Source: an uncultured delta proteobacterium (GTDB lineage: Bacteria > Desulfobacterota > Binatia > Binatales > Binataceae). Taken from it: 64,000 bases of DNA. The notes under the pieces were generated by a model. It ran no database searches. It had not been told where the DNA came from and was given only the letters and a program-made list of their open reading frames with translations. Where the stretch lies: contig CAWEEQ010000004.1 in NCBI GenBank assembly GCA_963808235.1, positions 640,001 to 704,000 of the forward strand, given 5' to 3'. The number at the start of each line of letters is the position of its first letter. The first letter of the stretch is position 1. Positions 32,463 to 42,990 of the stretch are shown in pieces. A program made the translations under genes and the position numbers.

Positions 32463-34864
32463 CAGCTGGACCCCGCGGCGGAGGCTTTGAAAGTAGGAAG
32501 TTCCCACTTGATGCCGCCGTAGAGAGCGCGGCGCGGACCGAACTGCGCCGCGAAGACGCCGATCCCGGAGCCGTTGCGAACTTCGTAGATGTGATCGTTG
32601 AGATTTACGACCGCGCCGCGCAGTTCAATCGCACCACCGCGGCCAAGTGGGAAGCGCTTGGTGATTCCCGCGTCGACCTGGATGTAGTAGGGCAGATTCC
32701 CGGTGTTGGCGAAGCCGCTCCTCAATCCGCTGCCGTAGATACCGTCGAGGCTGAAGGTGTAGCCCTTCCAGCTGTAAACGGCGCCGGCGGAATCGGTGAA
32801 TGTCTGATCGTGATCAAGAAAAATGTAATGGCTATTGATGAACTTCAGTTCGTCCGGCGCGAAGTTGAATTGGCCGGATTCGACCTGAGTACCCTGTGCG
32901 ACGCTGTAGGCGAAGTTGTTGTACGCGTAAAAGTTCTCGTGAGTGTATGAGCTGGTGAACTCGACTCCATAAACGCGGCCCTTCCGATAGTTGAAGGTCT
33001 CGAATATGAGCGCGGGCCCGAACTGGCCTTCGTCGATCAGGTCGGCTGCCTTCTTGTAGTAGGAGTCGATACCCACATTGAGTCCGGGTATGACCTCCTG
33101 GGTTGCTCCAACGTCGAACAGATGGTCGCGCTCGACCGTCGGAGTCCCGTTGCCGGTGGAAGCGGGCGCACCGGTCGTGTTCCTGAATTTGGCAATCGTC
33201 TCCGCGGACACAAGCTCGGTCGGTGGCGGCGTCATTTGCCGCGCGTAGCCGGCGTGTAACACGGTGCCCTTGAAAGGAGTGTATTCCAGCGCGACGCGAG
33301 GACTTGCCTGGTCCGCACGCACCAGGCCGTCGTAGAGGTCGAAGCGGACGCCATAGTTGAATTTGAGCTTTTTGGCGATCTGCCACTCGTCCTGCACATA
33401 GACGCTGTAGATCCAGGTCTGCAGAGCTATGTCGTCGACGATATTGATCGGAGTCGTCAGAGGCGTTCCGCCCATTATTGGGAACGTCGCCTCGTGATTG
33501 TCGATCTCGGCGCGTTCGGCGTCGAAATATCCGCCGAGGCGAAAAGTATGATCGGCAATCCCGTGGTACGCGGTGTCGAGCTGAAAGCCGTTGCCCCAGT
33601 CGCTGCGGAAAACCCGCGACGCGGCGCCGTTATAGATCAGGTCGCCGACGTGATCGGGATTGAAGGTGACCGTCGAATAGCGGCTGAACGGCGCGAGCTG
33701 ATAGTCGAAGTTCGATCCAACCACGCCTTGCAGCGCGAGCACATTGAAATAGTTCTGCTCGGATTGGTTCTCGCGCACTTTCGCCGACGGATACACCGGC
33801 ACTCCGGCCAGCAAGAAGACCTGCGGCTGATTGGGATTCGCGGGAATCTGAAAGTGATTGATCGCGGTGCCTGATATTAAACTGAGGCGCGTTGTGGGGT
33901 TTAGAAAATACGAGAAGTATCCGAATCCCGATCCCTGGTTACTGGTGTCGTGAATCGCGGTGGGGCCGGGCGTGGGAGGCTCGACGCCGCGATCGGTGCC
34001 GAGGTATTGCCCGGTCACGAAGTAACTGAAGTTGCCCTTGGAGCCGCCGTACTCGAAGCTCGGCTGAGTGGTTCCGCGTTGTCCGCCGTAGAAGTCAACG
34101 TCGGCGACGTTGTCGAGGAGGCCGTCCTTGGTCTTGATATCGATAATGCCCGCGGTGCGAAGTCCGAATTCAGCCGGCAGGACACCGGTCAGCAAGCTGA
34201 TCGAATGGGCAAAGCGGGGACTTAAGACTTGTCCGAAACCGGTGATTCCTTCGGGGAGCTGGACGCCGTTTATTCGGTATTGAATGTTGGCGTGATCGCC
34301 GCGCACGTGCAGTTGTCCGAAGGAATCCTGCGCGACGCCCGGCGCCTGCAGGATCACCTGGTTGAGAGATGTATTCGCGCCCTGGGGCAGTTGCTCGATA
34401 GCCTTCTCGCTGAAGCGATAAACGCTGCCGCCGGTCTCCGGTGACAGGCCGTTGCGGGCCTGATTGAGCCGGGTGGCGACGACGGCCATGCTGAGCTCGC
34501 GCGAAGCTTGCATCACGAGGGCAACCGGCGGCGCGCCGCGCGCGGCTACGATCACGATTTTGGTCGCGGGCTTGAAGCTCGTCTCATCGGCAAGCACGGC
34601 GTAAGCGCCGGGAGCGACGTCATGGAAGGCAAACGTGCCGTCGGATCCACTTTTGATGCGCGCGACGACCGCGCCCTTCTGGGTCTGGAGAGTTAGATTT
34701 GCGCCGGGAATTGGGCGGCCCAGGGCGTCCTTGACGGTGCCCGAGATAATCCGTGGCACGGGAGGCGAAGGGGCCGCGGCGCGGGCCTCCCGCACGCCGT
34801 CAACAGAGATAGTGATAGTCAGCAAAATTGCCATCAATGCAATCGCAATCGCAATCGGTCGCAT
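32462..34864 (-). CDS. TonB-dependent outer membrane receptor with N-terminal carboxypeptidase-regulatory-like domain
   Basis: Signal peptide; ISGTVKD..G.PIPGA.L domain; plug PGV...HVRG..NIQYRING; YVQDEW and G.RFD barrel motifs; SD before the ATG at 34864. Confidence 0.9.
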   Translation of the reverse strand: MRPIAIAIALMAILLTITISVDGVREARAAAPSPPVPRIISGTVKDALGRPIPGANLTLQTQKGAVVARIKSGSDGTFAFHDVAPGAYAVLADETSFKPATKIVIVAARGAPPVALVMQASRELSMAVVATRLNQARNGLSPETGGSVYRFSEKAIEQLPQGANTSLNQVILQAPGVAQDSFGQLHVRGDHANIQYRINGVQLPEGITGFGQVLSPRFAHSISLLTGVLPAEFGLRTAGIIDIKTKDGLLDNVADVDFYGGQRGTTQPSFEYGGSKGNFSYFVTGQYLGTDRGVEPPTPGPTAIHDTSNQGSGFGYFSYFLNPTTRLSLISGTAINHFQIPANPNQPQVFLLAGVPVYPSAKVRENQSEQNYFNVLALQGVVGSNFDYQLAPFSRYSTVTFNPDHVGDLIYNGAASRVFRSDWGNGFQLDTAYHGIADHTFRLGGYFDAERAEIDNHEATFPIMGGTPLTTPINIVDDIALQTWIYSVYVQDEWQIAKKLKFNYGVRFDLYDGLVRADQASPRVALEYTPFKGTVLHAGYARQMTPPPTELVSAETIAKFRNTTGAPASTGNGTPTVERDHLFDVGATQEVIPGLNVGIDSYYKKAADLIDEGQFGPALIFETFNYRKGRVYGVEFTSSYTHENFYAYNNFAYSVAQGTQVESGQFNFAPDELKFINSHYIFLDHDQTFTDSAGAVYSWKGYTFSLDGIYGSGLRSGFANTGNLPYYIQVDAGITKRFPLGRGGAIELRGAVVNLNDHIYEVRNGSGIGVFAAQFGPRRALYGGIKWELPTFKASAAGSS

Positions 34865-34984
34865 CCTCAAAATCCTCCCAAAGCATCGGCCGCGGCGTCG
34901 CAAGCGATGCGCGATGCGAAGCCGGCGAATGGCAATCGCCATTCGCGCCAAGTCATTCAGATCAGATGTCGGAAACGGCGAAGA

Positions 34985-35317
34985 CTAGGCCGATGCGGGA
35001 GGAGCGCGGCCAAAGAGATGAGAGTCGAACGACGGTACGAGTGCGAAGCAGAAATCTTTTGGATCAAAGCGTTTGGCGTCGAGCGGCGCGGCGAGCGGGA
35101 ACGGTGCCGCGCTGACGCTGGGCGCGTGCTGGTGATGCAGGCATAGCGAGCAGAGGCTGTCGGGCGCGGCGGCGGCCGCGATCGAAGGATGCGGAGCGAA
35201 CGCGAGCGGATGATAGTGTGCGGCGCCGAGCGACTGCGCCAGCATCAAGATTACGCCGGCTGCCAGCGCGAGTCTGCGCCGCCAGGCGGAGCGCGTTCCT
35301 GTGAGCTTCGTATGCAT
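34985..35317 (-). CDS. DUF2946-like (CruR/CutF-type) leader protein with CxxC and C-terminal RAPP motif
   Basis: N-terminal signal/TM, HYH, CSLC-LHHQH, ends FGRAPPASA; lies directly upstream of the TBDR. Confidence 0.75.
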   Translation of the reverse strand: MHTKLTGTRSAWRRRLALAAGVILMLAQSLGAAHYHPLAFAPHPSIAAAAAPDSLCSLCLHHQHAPSVSAAPFPLAAPLDAKRFDPKDFCFALVPSFDSHLFGRAPPASA

Positions 35318-35367
35318 TAGAGAAATCGTATCGACCTCATCAAGCGTGCCGCGCCATCCGTGCTGGG

Positions 35368-36399
35368 TCAAGGCTCTTCAATCGGGGTGAGGGCGAAGGC
35401 GTCGGCCAGGAGTTCGTGGGAGTGGAGGCGGGCCTGGTGGTTGTGGACCACGGTTACAACCATCACTTCGTCGATGTTGAGGACGCTTGCGATGTCGACC
35501 AGCGTGTCGTGGACGTGGGCGGGTGTGCCGATTATCGAGCGGGGCCACTCGCCGGTCTCGCGCAGCGCGATGTCGTCGGGCGCGGGGCCGAGTTCCGCGA
35601 GCGCATCTTCGGGTGTCGGGATGGGTCCGCGATTTCCCTGGCGTGCGTGGCGTACGAACAGTCGAACGCTCGAGGCCATGCGCTCCGCTTCCGCATCGGT
35701 GTCGGCGCAGATCGCACCGATTCCAAGGATCGCGAGCGGCGCCTTCAATTCATTGGAGGGGATGAAGTGCGAGCGGTAGTACTCGATCGCGGCGCGAGTG
35801 TGAGTCGGATCGATGAAGTGCGCGAAACTGTACGGCAGTCCGAGCTGCGCCGCGGCGGCCGCGCTCCACATGCTCGAGCCGAGCAGCCAGACGTTGGGGG
35901 AACCGGGCATCGCGGGTGATAGCTCGATACGGCTGAATGCGTGATCGGGTCGGAAGCCATTGTGCAGGAACGCGAGCAGCTCGACGAGCTGGCGCGGAAA
36001 ATCGTCGGCCGGCGGTCCGGGCGTGGTGCTGCGATCGCGGCGCAGCGCGAAGGAATCGAGCGGGCTGCCGCCGGGTGCGCGTCCGATCCCGAGATCGATT
36101 CGACCGGGATAAAGAGCGTGCAGCACGCGAAAGGTTTCCGCGACTTTCATCGGGCTGTAGTGGGGCAGCATCACGCCGCCCGAGCCGACCCGGATATGCG
36201 AAGTCTCGGCGGCCACCCGTGCGATCATGATTTCGGGCGCCGGGCTTGCGAATGCGCCGGTCGCATGATGCTCGGCGATCCAGTAGCGCTCGTAGCCGCG
36301 CCGATCGGCGAGACGGGCGAGCTCGATGGTGTTGTGGAGCGCGTCAGCGGTCGTGAATCCGGCGGGGACTGGTGATTGATCGATGATGGAGAGTTTCAC
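35368..36399 (-). CDS. LLM-class flavin-dependent (luciferase-like) oxidoreductase
   Basis: LSIIDQSP, RYWIAEHH, IRVGSGGVMLPHYSP, GRIDLGIGRAPG and WLLGSS; GTG start inferred. Confidence 0.9.
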   Translation of the reverse strand: MKLSIIDQSPVPAGFTTADALHNTIELARLADRRGYERYWIAEHHATGAFASPAPEIMIARVAAETSHIRVGSGGVMLPHYSPMKVAETFRVLHALYPGRIDLGIGRAPGGSPLDSFALRRDRSTTPGPPADDFPRQLVELLAFLHNGFRPDHAFSRIELSPAMPGSPNVWLLGSSMWSAAAAAQLGLPYSFAHFIDPTHTRAAIEYYRSHFIPSNELKAPLAILGIGAICADTDAEAERMASSVRLFVRHARQGNRGPIPTPEDALAELGPAPDDIALRETGEWPRSIIGTPAHVHDTLVDIASVLNIDEVMVVTVVHNHQARLHSHELLADAFALTPIEEP

Positions 36400-36465
36400 G
36401 AGCGGTAGTAGCGAGCGACTGGTCGCTTTCACGATGATATTGATTGGACGGCAAGGAGGCGAGCG

Positions 36466-37485
36466 ATGGCGCTTTCACGCATTGAGATTGGAGAACTGGC
36501 GGCGGGGTTTGCGGCGGCGAAGGTTCCGTATGCGGCGCTTGTTCCGGCGGACGGAGGGCCGTATCCGCTCTGCCTGTTCCTGTACGGCGGCGGTGGGAGC
36601 CATCGGACGCTCGTCGATTGCCGCCCGGTATTCGAGCGGTGGTGGAGTGAGGGCATCGTGCCGCCGATGGTCATGGCGAGCGCTGATACTGGCCCGATGA
36701 GCTACTACCTCGACCATCCCGACGGCAACGCGCGGTGGGAGAGCTTCATCGCGGAGGATTTCCTCGCGCACCTTCGCGCAACATTTGAGGTTCGAAGCGA
36801 GCGCGAATCGACGTTCATCACGGGTATCTCGATGGGCGGGTACGGCAGTCTCAAGATTGCATTGCGGCGGCCGGATCGGTTTGGCGCGGTTGCGGCGATT
36901 CAGCCGCTGCTCGAGCCGGGGCTGCGCGATTCGGATATCGGCGCGCGCAACCGGATGCATCATATGATCGGAGGACCGCCTGAATTGCTCGGCGAGAATC
37001 GCGACGCGGTTTTCCAGGCAAACAATCCTGGCAACCTCGCACGCGCCAATGCCGGCGCGATCAAGGAATCGGGACTCGCGATCTATCTCGAGGTTGGCGA
37101 CCGGGATTTCCTGAACGCCCATGACGGCACTGAATTTCTGCATCGGATTCTGTGGGACCTCGACATCGCGCACGAGTACCGGCTCATCCGCGGCGCTGAT
37201 CACGGCGGACCGACGTTGATCCCGCGGATGCGCGACGCGTTCGTATGGCTGGGCTCGGTCAGTGCGCAGACGCATCATGCGGGCGCACAATCAGAGACCG
37301 CCGATGAGCGCGCGGTGAGCGAATGGATCGCGCGCGGACTGGCCGGGAATCCCCCACCGGTCGATCCTAACAGCGACGCATTCATCCGCATCCTTCGCGC
37401 GCAGTTGAAGCCGCTCAGAGATCAGGCGGCGCGGCTCGATCCGACCACGGCGAGGCGCTACGGGAAACTGCCAAGAACTAGCTGA
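36466..37485 (+). CDS. Esterase, alpha/beta-hydrolase (S-formylglutathione hydrolase/tributyrin esterase-like)
   Basis: GISMGG nucleophile elbow, GDRD and ADH catalytic residues. Confidence 0.78.
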   Translation: MALSRIEIGELAAGFAAAKVPYAALVPADGGPYPLCLFLYGGGGSHRTLVDCRPVFERWWSEGIVPPMVMASADTGPMSYYLDHPDGNARWESFIAEDFLAHLRATFEVRSERESTFITGISMGGYGSLKIALRRPDRFGAVAAIQPLLEPGLRDSDIGARNRMHHMIGGPPELLGENRDAVFQANNPGNLARANAGAIKESGLAIYLEVGDRDFLNAHDGTEFLHRILWDLDIAHEYRLIRGADHGGPTLIPRMRDAFVWLGSVSAQTHHAGAQSETADERAVSEWIARGLAGNPPPVDPNSDAFIRILRAQLKPLRDQAARLDPTTARRYGKLPRTS

Positions 37486-37490
37486 TCGCA

Positions 37491-38396
37491 TCACGCGCGG
37501 CGGGCGGGAGCGTCTCCTCGCAGGAGGTGTCTCTCGAGGCGAAACTTCTCTGCAATCGCTTGCGCGACGGCCATGATGCGGCCCGCACGGCGCAGGTCCT
37601 CATGATAAATCAACCAAAGGGACTGCATCGTCGGAGGTGCCTCAGGCCAGATTCTGACCAGTCGCGGCTCATTGTCGGCGAGATAGCAGGGCAGGAACGC
37701 AATTCCGAAACCATACACGGCAGCCCAGAAGAGCGCGTTCGTGCTGTTGCTGCGAAACGCGATTCGCGCGCCCTCGGTCGACTCGCCCATAAATTGCGAG
37801 TGCTTCGCCGGCCACATGTAAGCCCACGCGACAAGCTCCTGACCGGACAGCCCTTCGCCGCGGCGCGGTTTAGAATGATGCTTCAGGTAGTTGGGCGAGG
37901 CGTATAAAGCGAGGCCGAATCTTGCGATGCGCCGGCATATCAGGCCGGGTTCGACGGGTTTGAGATTTCTGAGTGCAATGTCGGCCTGGCGGCGCACGAC
38001 ATCGAGTCGCCGATAGTCCGGAATCATCTCGATCTCGATCTCGGGATGACGCCCGCGGATTTGCTGCATTGCGGGGATGACGAATCGGGCCGCGAAGGTC
38101 TCGGTCGCCGTGATTCGGACCAGGCCGGCGGCCGCGCGATCCTTTCCGGCGGCGCGGCGCTCGACCTCGATAGTGTCAGACTCGATCCGCTCGCACATCG
38201 CTTTGATCGATTCGCCCGCGAGCGTTAACGCGAGGCCGTCGGGGGTGTGCTGAAGCAGTTTGGTGCCGAGGTGGCGCTGCAGGGCGTCGAGCCAACGTCC
38301 GACGGTGGTGTGATTCACGCCGAGCTCATTTGCCGCCGCTGCCAGGCTTCCGCCGCGCACTGCCGCGAGAAAGAAGCGAAGGTCATCCCAATCCAT
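37491..38396 (-). CDS. LysR-family transcriptional regulator
   Basis: MDWDDLRFFLA...GSLAAAA..LGVNHTTV HTH; substrate-binding domain with ADIALR; divergent from the ADH gene. Confidence 0.92.
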   Translation of the reverse strand: MDWDDLRFFLAAVRGGSLAAAANELGVNHTTVGRWLDALQRHLGTKLLQHTPDGLALTLAGESIKAMCERIESDTIEVERRAAGKDRAAAGLVRITATETFAARFVIPAMQQIRGRHPEIEIEMIPDYRRLDVVRRQADIALRNLKPVEPGLICRRIARFGLALYASPNYLKHHSKPRRGEGLSGQELVAWAYMWPAKHSQFMGESTEGARIAFRSNSTNALFWAAVYGFGIAFLPCYLADNEPRLVRIWPEAPPTMQSLWLIYHEDLRRAGRIMAVAQAIAEKFRLERHLLRGDAPARRA

Positions 38397-38497
38397 GCGT
38401 GCATTTTTGCGCAGCAATAGTGCACGCGCAATCGGTGTCTGGGACCGGGCAACGCAGTAAAAAGGAGACCGACAAAGTCATTATCAGGAGATCCCCT

Positions 38498-39514
38498 ATG
38501 CGCGAACTGAATTTTGCCGGCCCCGGTAAAGTCGAATGGCGTGAGACGGTGGCGCCGGTCCTCGACGGCCCGAATCAGGCGCTGATTCGTCGGATCGCTG
38601 TCGCTACCTGCGATCTCGACGTGCTGCTGCTACGTGGCAAGGCTCCCATGTTCGGGGCGAACTTTGCGCTCGGGCACGAGTGCGTTGGCCGCGTGCTCGA
38701 GGTCAGCGAAGGAGCAGGCCGGTTCAGGCCGGGCGACATGGTGGTTCCATCATTTCAGATCACCTGCGGCGAGTGTCCGCGATGCCGGCGCGGTCTGACC
38801 GGCAATTGCGAAAAGATTCGCGGCACGGCGATGTACGGTATCGGGGCGCTCGGCGGTAACTACGGGGGCGCGTTTGCCGATGTGATGAAGGTTCCATTTG
38901 CGAGCGCGATGCTGGTCCCGTTGCCGAGCGCGCTCGTTCCGCGCGACGTCGCCAGCATCTCCGACAACGTCGCCGACGCGTGGCGCACCGTCGTCCCGCA
39001 GCTTCGGGAAAATCCGGGGGCTCGGGTTCTTATTGTTGGCGGCGGAAGTATCGGGCTGTATGCGATCCAGCTCGCGATTGCGTCGGGCGCTGCACAGGTC
39101 GATTACCTGGACGCTGACGCTCCTCGATCAGCGCTGGCCGAACGACTCGGCGCCAAGATTCAAAACGCATCGTCGCTGCGCAAGAGCGTACGCTATCCGA
39201 TTACCGTCGAAGCGGGCGGTACGCACGAAGGTCTCGTGCTCGCGATACGCGCGACCGAACCCGCGGGCATCTGCACCAGCGTGGGAATCCATCCGGGCAA
39301 CGCGACTCCGATGCCGCTTTTCGACATGTACATCACCGGCATGACCTTCGTGACCGGCCGCGGCCATTCGAGAACGGTGCTGCCTGAAGTTTTGGAAATG
39401 GCAAGAACGCTGAAAATCGCGCCGGCGAAGGTAACCAATCGAGTAGTCGAATGGGACGACGCGCCGGCCGCGCTCTGTGATCCGCCGGACAAGTTGGTCG
39501 TGGTGCGCGAATGA
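38498..39514 (+). CDS. Zn-dependent medium-chain alcohol dehydrogenase
   Basis: ATCDLD, LGHECVG, CGECPRC...NC structural Zn site, GGGSIG; AGGAG SD. Confidence 0.88.
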   Translation: MRELNFAGPGKVEWRETVAPVLDGPNQALIRRIAVATCDLDVLLLRGKAPMFGANFALGHECVGRVLEVSEGAGRFRPGDMVVPSFQITCGECPRCRRGLTGNCEKIRGTAMYGIGALGGNYGGAFADVMKVPFASAMLVPLPSALVPRDVASISDNVADAWRTVVPQLRENPGARVLIVGGGSIGLYAIQLAIASGAAQVDYLDADAPRSALAERLGAKIQNASSLRKSVRYPITVEAGGTHEGLVLAIRATEPAGICTSVGIHPGNATPMPLFDMYITGMTFVTGRGHSRTVLPEVLEMARTLKIAPAKVTNRVVEWDDAPAALCDPPDKLVVVRE

Positions 39515-39615
39515 CGCTCTGGTAAAAACGGCGAGTATTGGCGAGAATCCGATCGTGAGTCTGAGCCAACCGTTCTGCGCGGCGGCCGGATAGCACGCCA
39601 ATCGGAGGAACAATC

Positions 39616-40910
39616 ATGAGTTGGGATTTTGAAACTGAGCCGGAATTCCAGAAGGAGCTCGACTGGATCGATAAGTTCGTGCGCGAGGAAGTCGAGCCGC
39701 TCGACTACGTGCTCGGGCATCCGTACGACGTGCGCGATCCGAAGCGGAACAAACTGGTGCGGCCGCTGCAGGCCGAGGTGCGCAAGCGCAAACTCTGGGC
39801 GTGTCATCTCGGCCCGGAACTGGGCGGGCAGGGCTATGGGCAGGTCAAGCTTGCGCTGATGAACGAGATCCTCGGGCGCTCGCGATTCGCGTCGATCGTG
39901 TTTGGATGCCAGGCGCCGGACTCTGGCAACGCCGAAATTCTGGCGCATTATGGTACGCCCGACCAGAAGAAGCGGTTTCTGCAGCCGCTGCTCGATAACG
40001 AGATCGTTTCGGCATTTTCGATGACCGAGCCGCAAGGCGGTGCCGATCCAAAAGTCTTCAAGACCAAGGCCGAGCTTCGCGGCGACGACTGGGTGATCAA
40101 CGGCGAGAAATGGTTTTCTTCGAACGCACATCTCGCGTCGTTCCTGATCGTGATGGCGGTGACCGATCCGGACGCGAAGGAATATGAGCGGATGTCGATG
40201 TTCATCGTGCCAAAGGAAACGGCGGGAGTGGAAATCCTGCGCAACATCGGAGTCGGCACGCATGAAGCGGAAGGCAGCCACGCATACATCCGCTATTCGG
40301 ACGTGCACGTTCCGAAAGACCATATGCTCGGACCGCGGGGCGGCGCGTTCGTTGTCGCGCAGACGCGCCTGGGCGGCGGCCGGATTCATCATGCGATGCG
40401 CACGATCGGGCAGGTGCGCAAGGCGTTCGACATGATGTGCGAGCGGGTGCTCTCGCGCACGACGCAGGGATCGCGGCTGGCGGACAAGCAGATGGTGCAG
40501 GAAAAAATCGCGGACTCGTGGATGGAGATCGAGCAGTTCCGCCTGCTGGTGCTGCGCACCGCGTGGAAGATCGATCGGTACAAGGATTACCTGAAAGTGC
40601 GAAGGGACATCGCGGCGGTGAAGGCGCTGATGCCGAAAGTTTTCACGACGTGGCGTCGCGCGCGCTGTTCCTGCACGGATCGCTCGGCGCGACCGGCGAG
40701 ATGCCGTTCGTCGAGCAGGTGATCCAGAGCTTCCACATGGGACTCGCCGACGGGCCGACCGAGGTTCACAAAATCACGCTCGCGCGGCAGGTGTTGCGCG
40801 ACTACAAGGCGACCGACGGCCTGTTCCCGTCGCAACATATTCCGAAGCTGCGCGCGGCGGCGTTGAAGAAGTACGCGGATCGGATCGAGTTGGAGGTGGC
40901 GAATCAGTAA
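39616..40910 (+). CDS. Acyl-CoA dehydrogenase (apparent -1 frameshift near 40645)
   Basis: QAPDSGNAE, FSMTEP, INGEKWF and RLGGGRIHH motifs; C-terminus HDVA...HGSLG...LADGPTEVH continues in the 40437..40910 frame. Confidence 0.9.
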
Positions 40911-40994
40911 AGCGCGAATTTTTCGCCGGCGGTTGTAAATTCTACCGAAGTTGGCGCGCAAGTCGTCCAGATTTCTCCTGCGGTTGGTTCGGGC

Positions 40995-41405
40995 ATGAAA
41001 AATGCTCGCTTCCGATCCGCAGGAGGCACGGACGTGACCAAGATTATTTTGTCGTCGGGATTCTGGCTCACGTTGGCGGTGTTCGTGGCGTTGGGTTACG
41101 CGTTCGCCGCCGATTGTCCGGGGTCCTTGAACTGTGCCGACGGAACTTCCGCGCTTTCGTCATCGTTGATTCACGGAAATGCAACTTCCGACTCCGCCGC
41201 GCGGGCGAGCGATGTGCTGAATCGAAGCCGATGCGCGTCGATGCCTGCGGTGCGTGGCACCGACCCGGCGTTTCCCGAAGTCGCCAATTGGGAGCGTGGC
41301 GGCTCGATGTTCGCACCGGGGTTCTCGCTTACGATGACGCGCCGCCCCAACCATTTCACGCTGTGTCCCGGCCCGGTCGAAATTCCGGAAACCCTGGTCC
41401 AGTAA
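40995..41405 (+). CDS. Hypothetical secreted protein
   Basis: Hydrophobic signal ending AFA; alternative GTG start at 41034 after GGAGG. Confidence 0.5.
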   Translation: MKNARFRSAGGTDVTKIILSSGFWLTLAVFVALGYAFAADCPGSLNCADGTSALSSSLIHGNATSDSAARASDVLNRSRCASMPAVRGTDPAFPEVANWERGGSMFAPGFSLTMTRRPNHFTLCPGPVEIPETLVQ

Positions 41406-41573
41406 CTATCCCCGAGTAATTATCCCGCGAAATTTTTCCCGGTTAGATTCCAGGATCTCGCATCGGCAACGACTGCGGTTGTCGGATTTTTGTCAGTTGC
41501 ATTATGAAACCTTAGTCGGCTAGAAACGACTCAAGGGTCCTGTCAGTGTGCTCGTAATCGAAAAATCAGGGAG

Positions 41574-42050
41574 ATGACGACTATGCAAGCGATCAAGTTT
41601 GACGACGTGGCGGCGCTGAAGGCGAAGATCGGCAAAGAGTTCGGCCCGTGGAGCGAGCCGATTCACGTCACCCAGGAAAAGATCAATCAGTTCGCCGACG
41701 TGACCGGCGACCATCAGTGGATTCATATCGACATCGAGCGATGCAAGAAAGAGAGTCCGTTCGGCGGACCGGTCGCGCATGGGTTCCTGACCCTGAGCCT
41801 GCTGCCGGCATTCAAGATGACCGAGGACTGGACGATCACCGGATTTCGCAACGTGGTGAATTACGGCGCGAACAAGCTTCGCTTCATCTCGCCGGTGCCG
41901 GCCGGCGCGAAAGTCTATGCGCGTTCGCGGCTGCTCGCAGTCGAGCCGCGGCCGATGGGTACGATGCTCACGCGGGAGACTGAAATCCAGGTGGTGGGCT
42001 CGCAGAAGCCCGCGGTGGTTTACGAAGCGCTGATGCTGTTCGTGAAGTAG
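41574..42050 (+). CDS. MaoC-family dehydratase (NodN-like)
   Basis: FADVTGDHQWIH.D and AHGFLTLSL motifs, NYG.NKLRF. Confidence 0.9.
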   Translation: MTTMQAIKFDDVAALKAKIGKEFGPWSEPIHVTQEKINQFADVTGDHQWIHIDIERCKKESPFGGPVAHGFLTLSLLPAFKMTEDWTITGFRNVVNYGANKLRFISPVPAGAKVYARSRLLAVEPRPMGTMLTRETEIQVVGSQKPAVVYEALMLFVK

Positions 42051-42090
42051 AAGCGCGGCGAGACGGAGATTACGGGACGGAGATTAGTTG

Positions 42091-42990
42091 ATGGCATACG
42101 AACAGATCATTTACGAGGTCGCGGAAAATATCGCGACGATCACGCTCAACCGGCCGGAGAAGCTGAACGCATTCACCGGGATCATGATGAACGAGATGAT
42201 CGACGCCTTCGACAAGGCCGACGCGGACGACAACGTGCGCGCGATAATCGTCACGGGCGCTGGACGCGCGTTCTGCGCGGGCGCGGACCTGTCGGCGGGG
42301 CCGAGAACGTTCGACTCGACGCGGGAGGATCGTCCGGAGCGGCGCTCGGCGATTCGAGCCGACGGGAGCGTGGACTGGAGCAACGAGGCGATTCGCGACG
42401 GCGGGGGACGTTTGACGCTGCGGATTTTCGAGTGTCTGAAGCCGGTGATCGCGGCGGTAAATGGCCCGGCGGTGGGGGTCGGCGTCACTATGCAATTGGC
42501 GATGGACGTGCGGCTCGCGTCGGAGAATGCGCGCTTCGGCTTTGTGTTCGCGCGGCGCGGGATCGTGCCGGAAGCGTGCTCGAGCTGGTTCTTGCCGAAG
42601 ATCGTGGGCGTCTCGCAGGCGCTGGAATGGACGCTCACGGGACGGGTTTTTCCTGCCGAAGAAGCTCTCGAAGGCGGCCTAGTCAGAAAAATCTACAAAC
42701 CCGGCGAGCTTATTCCGGCGGCGCGCGCGCTCGCCCGCGAAATCGCGGACAATACGTCGGCGGTCTCGGTGGCGCTCATCCGGCAGATGATATGGCGGAT
42801 GGCGGGCGCCGATCATCCGATGGAAGCGCACAAGGTGGACAGCCGTGGAATTTTTGCGCGGGGTGCGTCCGCCGATGTGCGAGAAGGGGTTGCGTCGTTT
42901 CTGGAGAAGCGGCCGGCGAAATTTCCGGACCGGATATCGGAGGACATGCCCGCGTACTTTCCGTGGTGGCAGGAGCGGAAATACAGCTAA
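42091..42990 (+). CDS. Enoyl-CoA hydratase/crotonase family protein
   Basis: TLNRPEKLNA, FCAGADL, KPVIAAVNGPAVGVG and GIVPE. Confidence 0.92.
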   Translation: MAYEQIIYEVAENIATITLNRPEKLNAFTGIMMNEMIDAFDKADADDNVRAIIVTGAGRAFCAGADLSAGPRTFDSTREDRPERRSAIRADGSVDWSNEAIRDGGGRLTLRIFECLKPVIAAVNGPAVGVGVTMQLAMDVRLASENARFGFVFARRGIVPEACSSWFLPKIVGVSQALEWTLTGRVFPAEEALEGGLVRKIYKPGELIPAARALAREIADNTSAVSVALIRQMIWRMAGADHPMEAHKVDSRGIFARGASADVREGVASFLEKRPAKFPDRISEDMPAYFPWWQERKYS

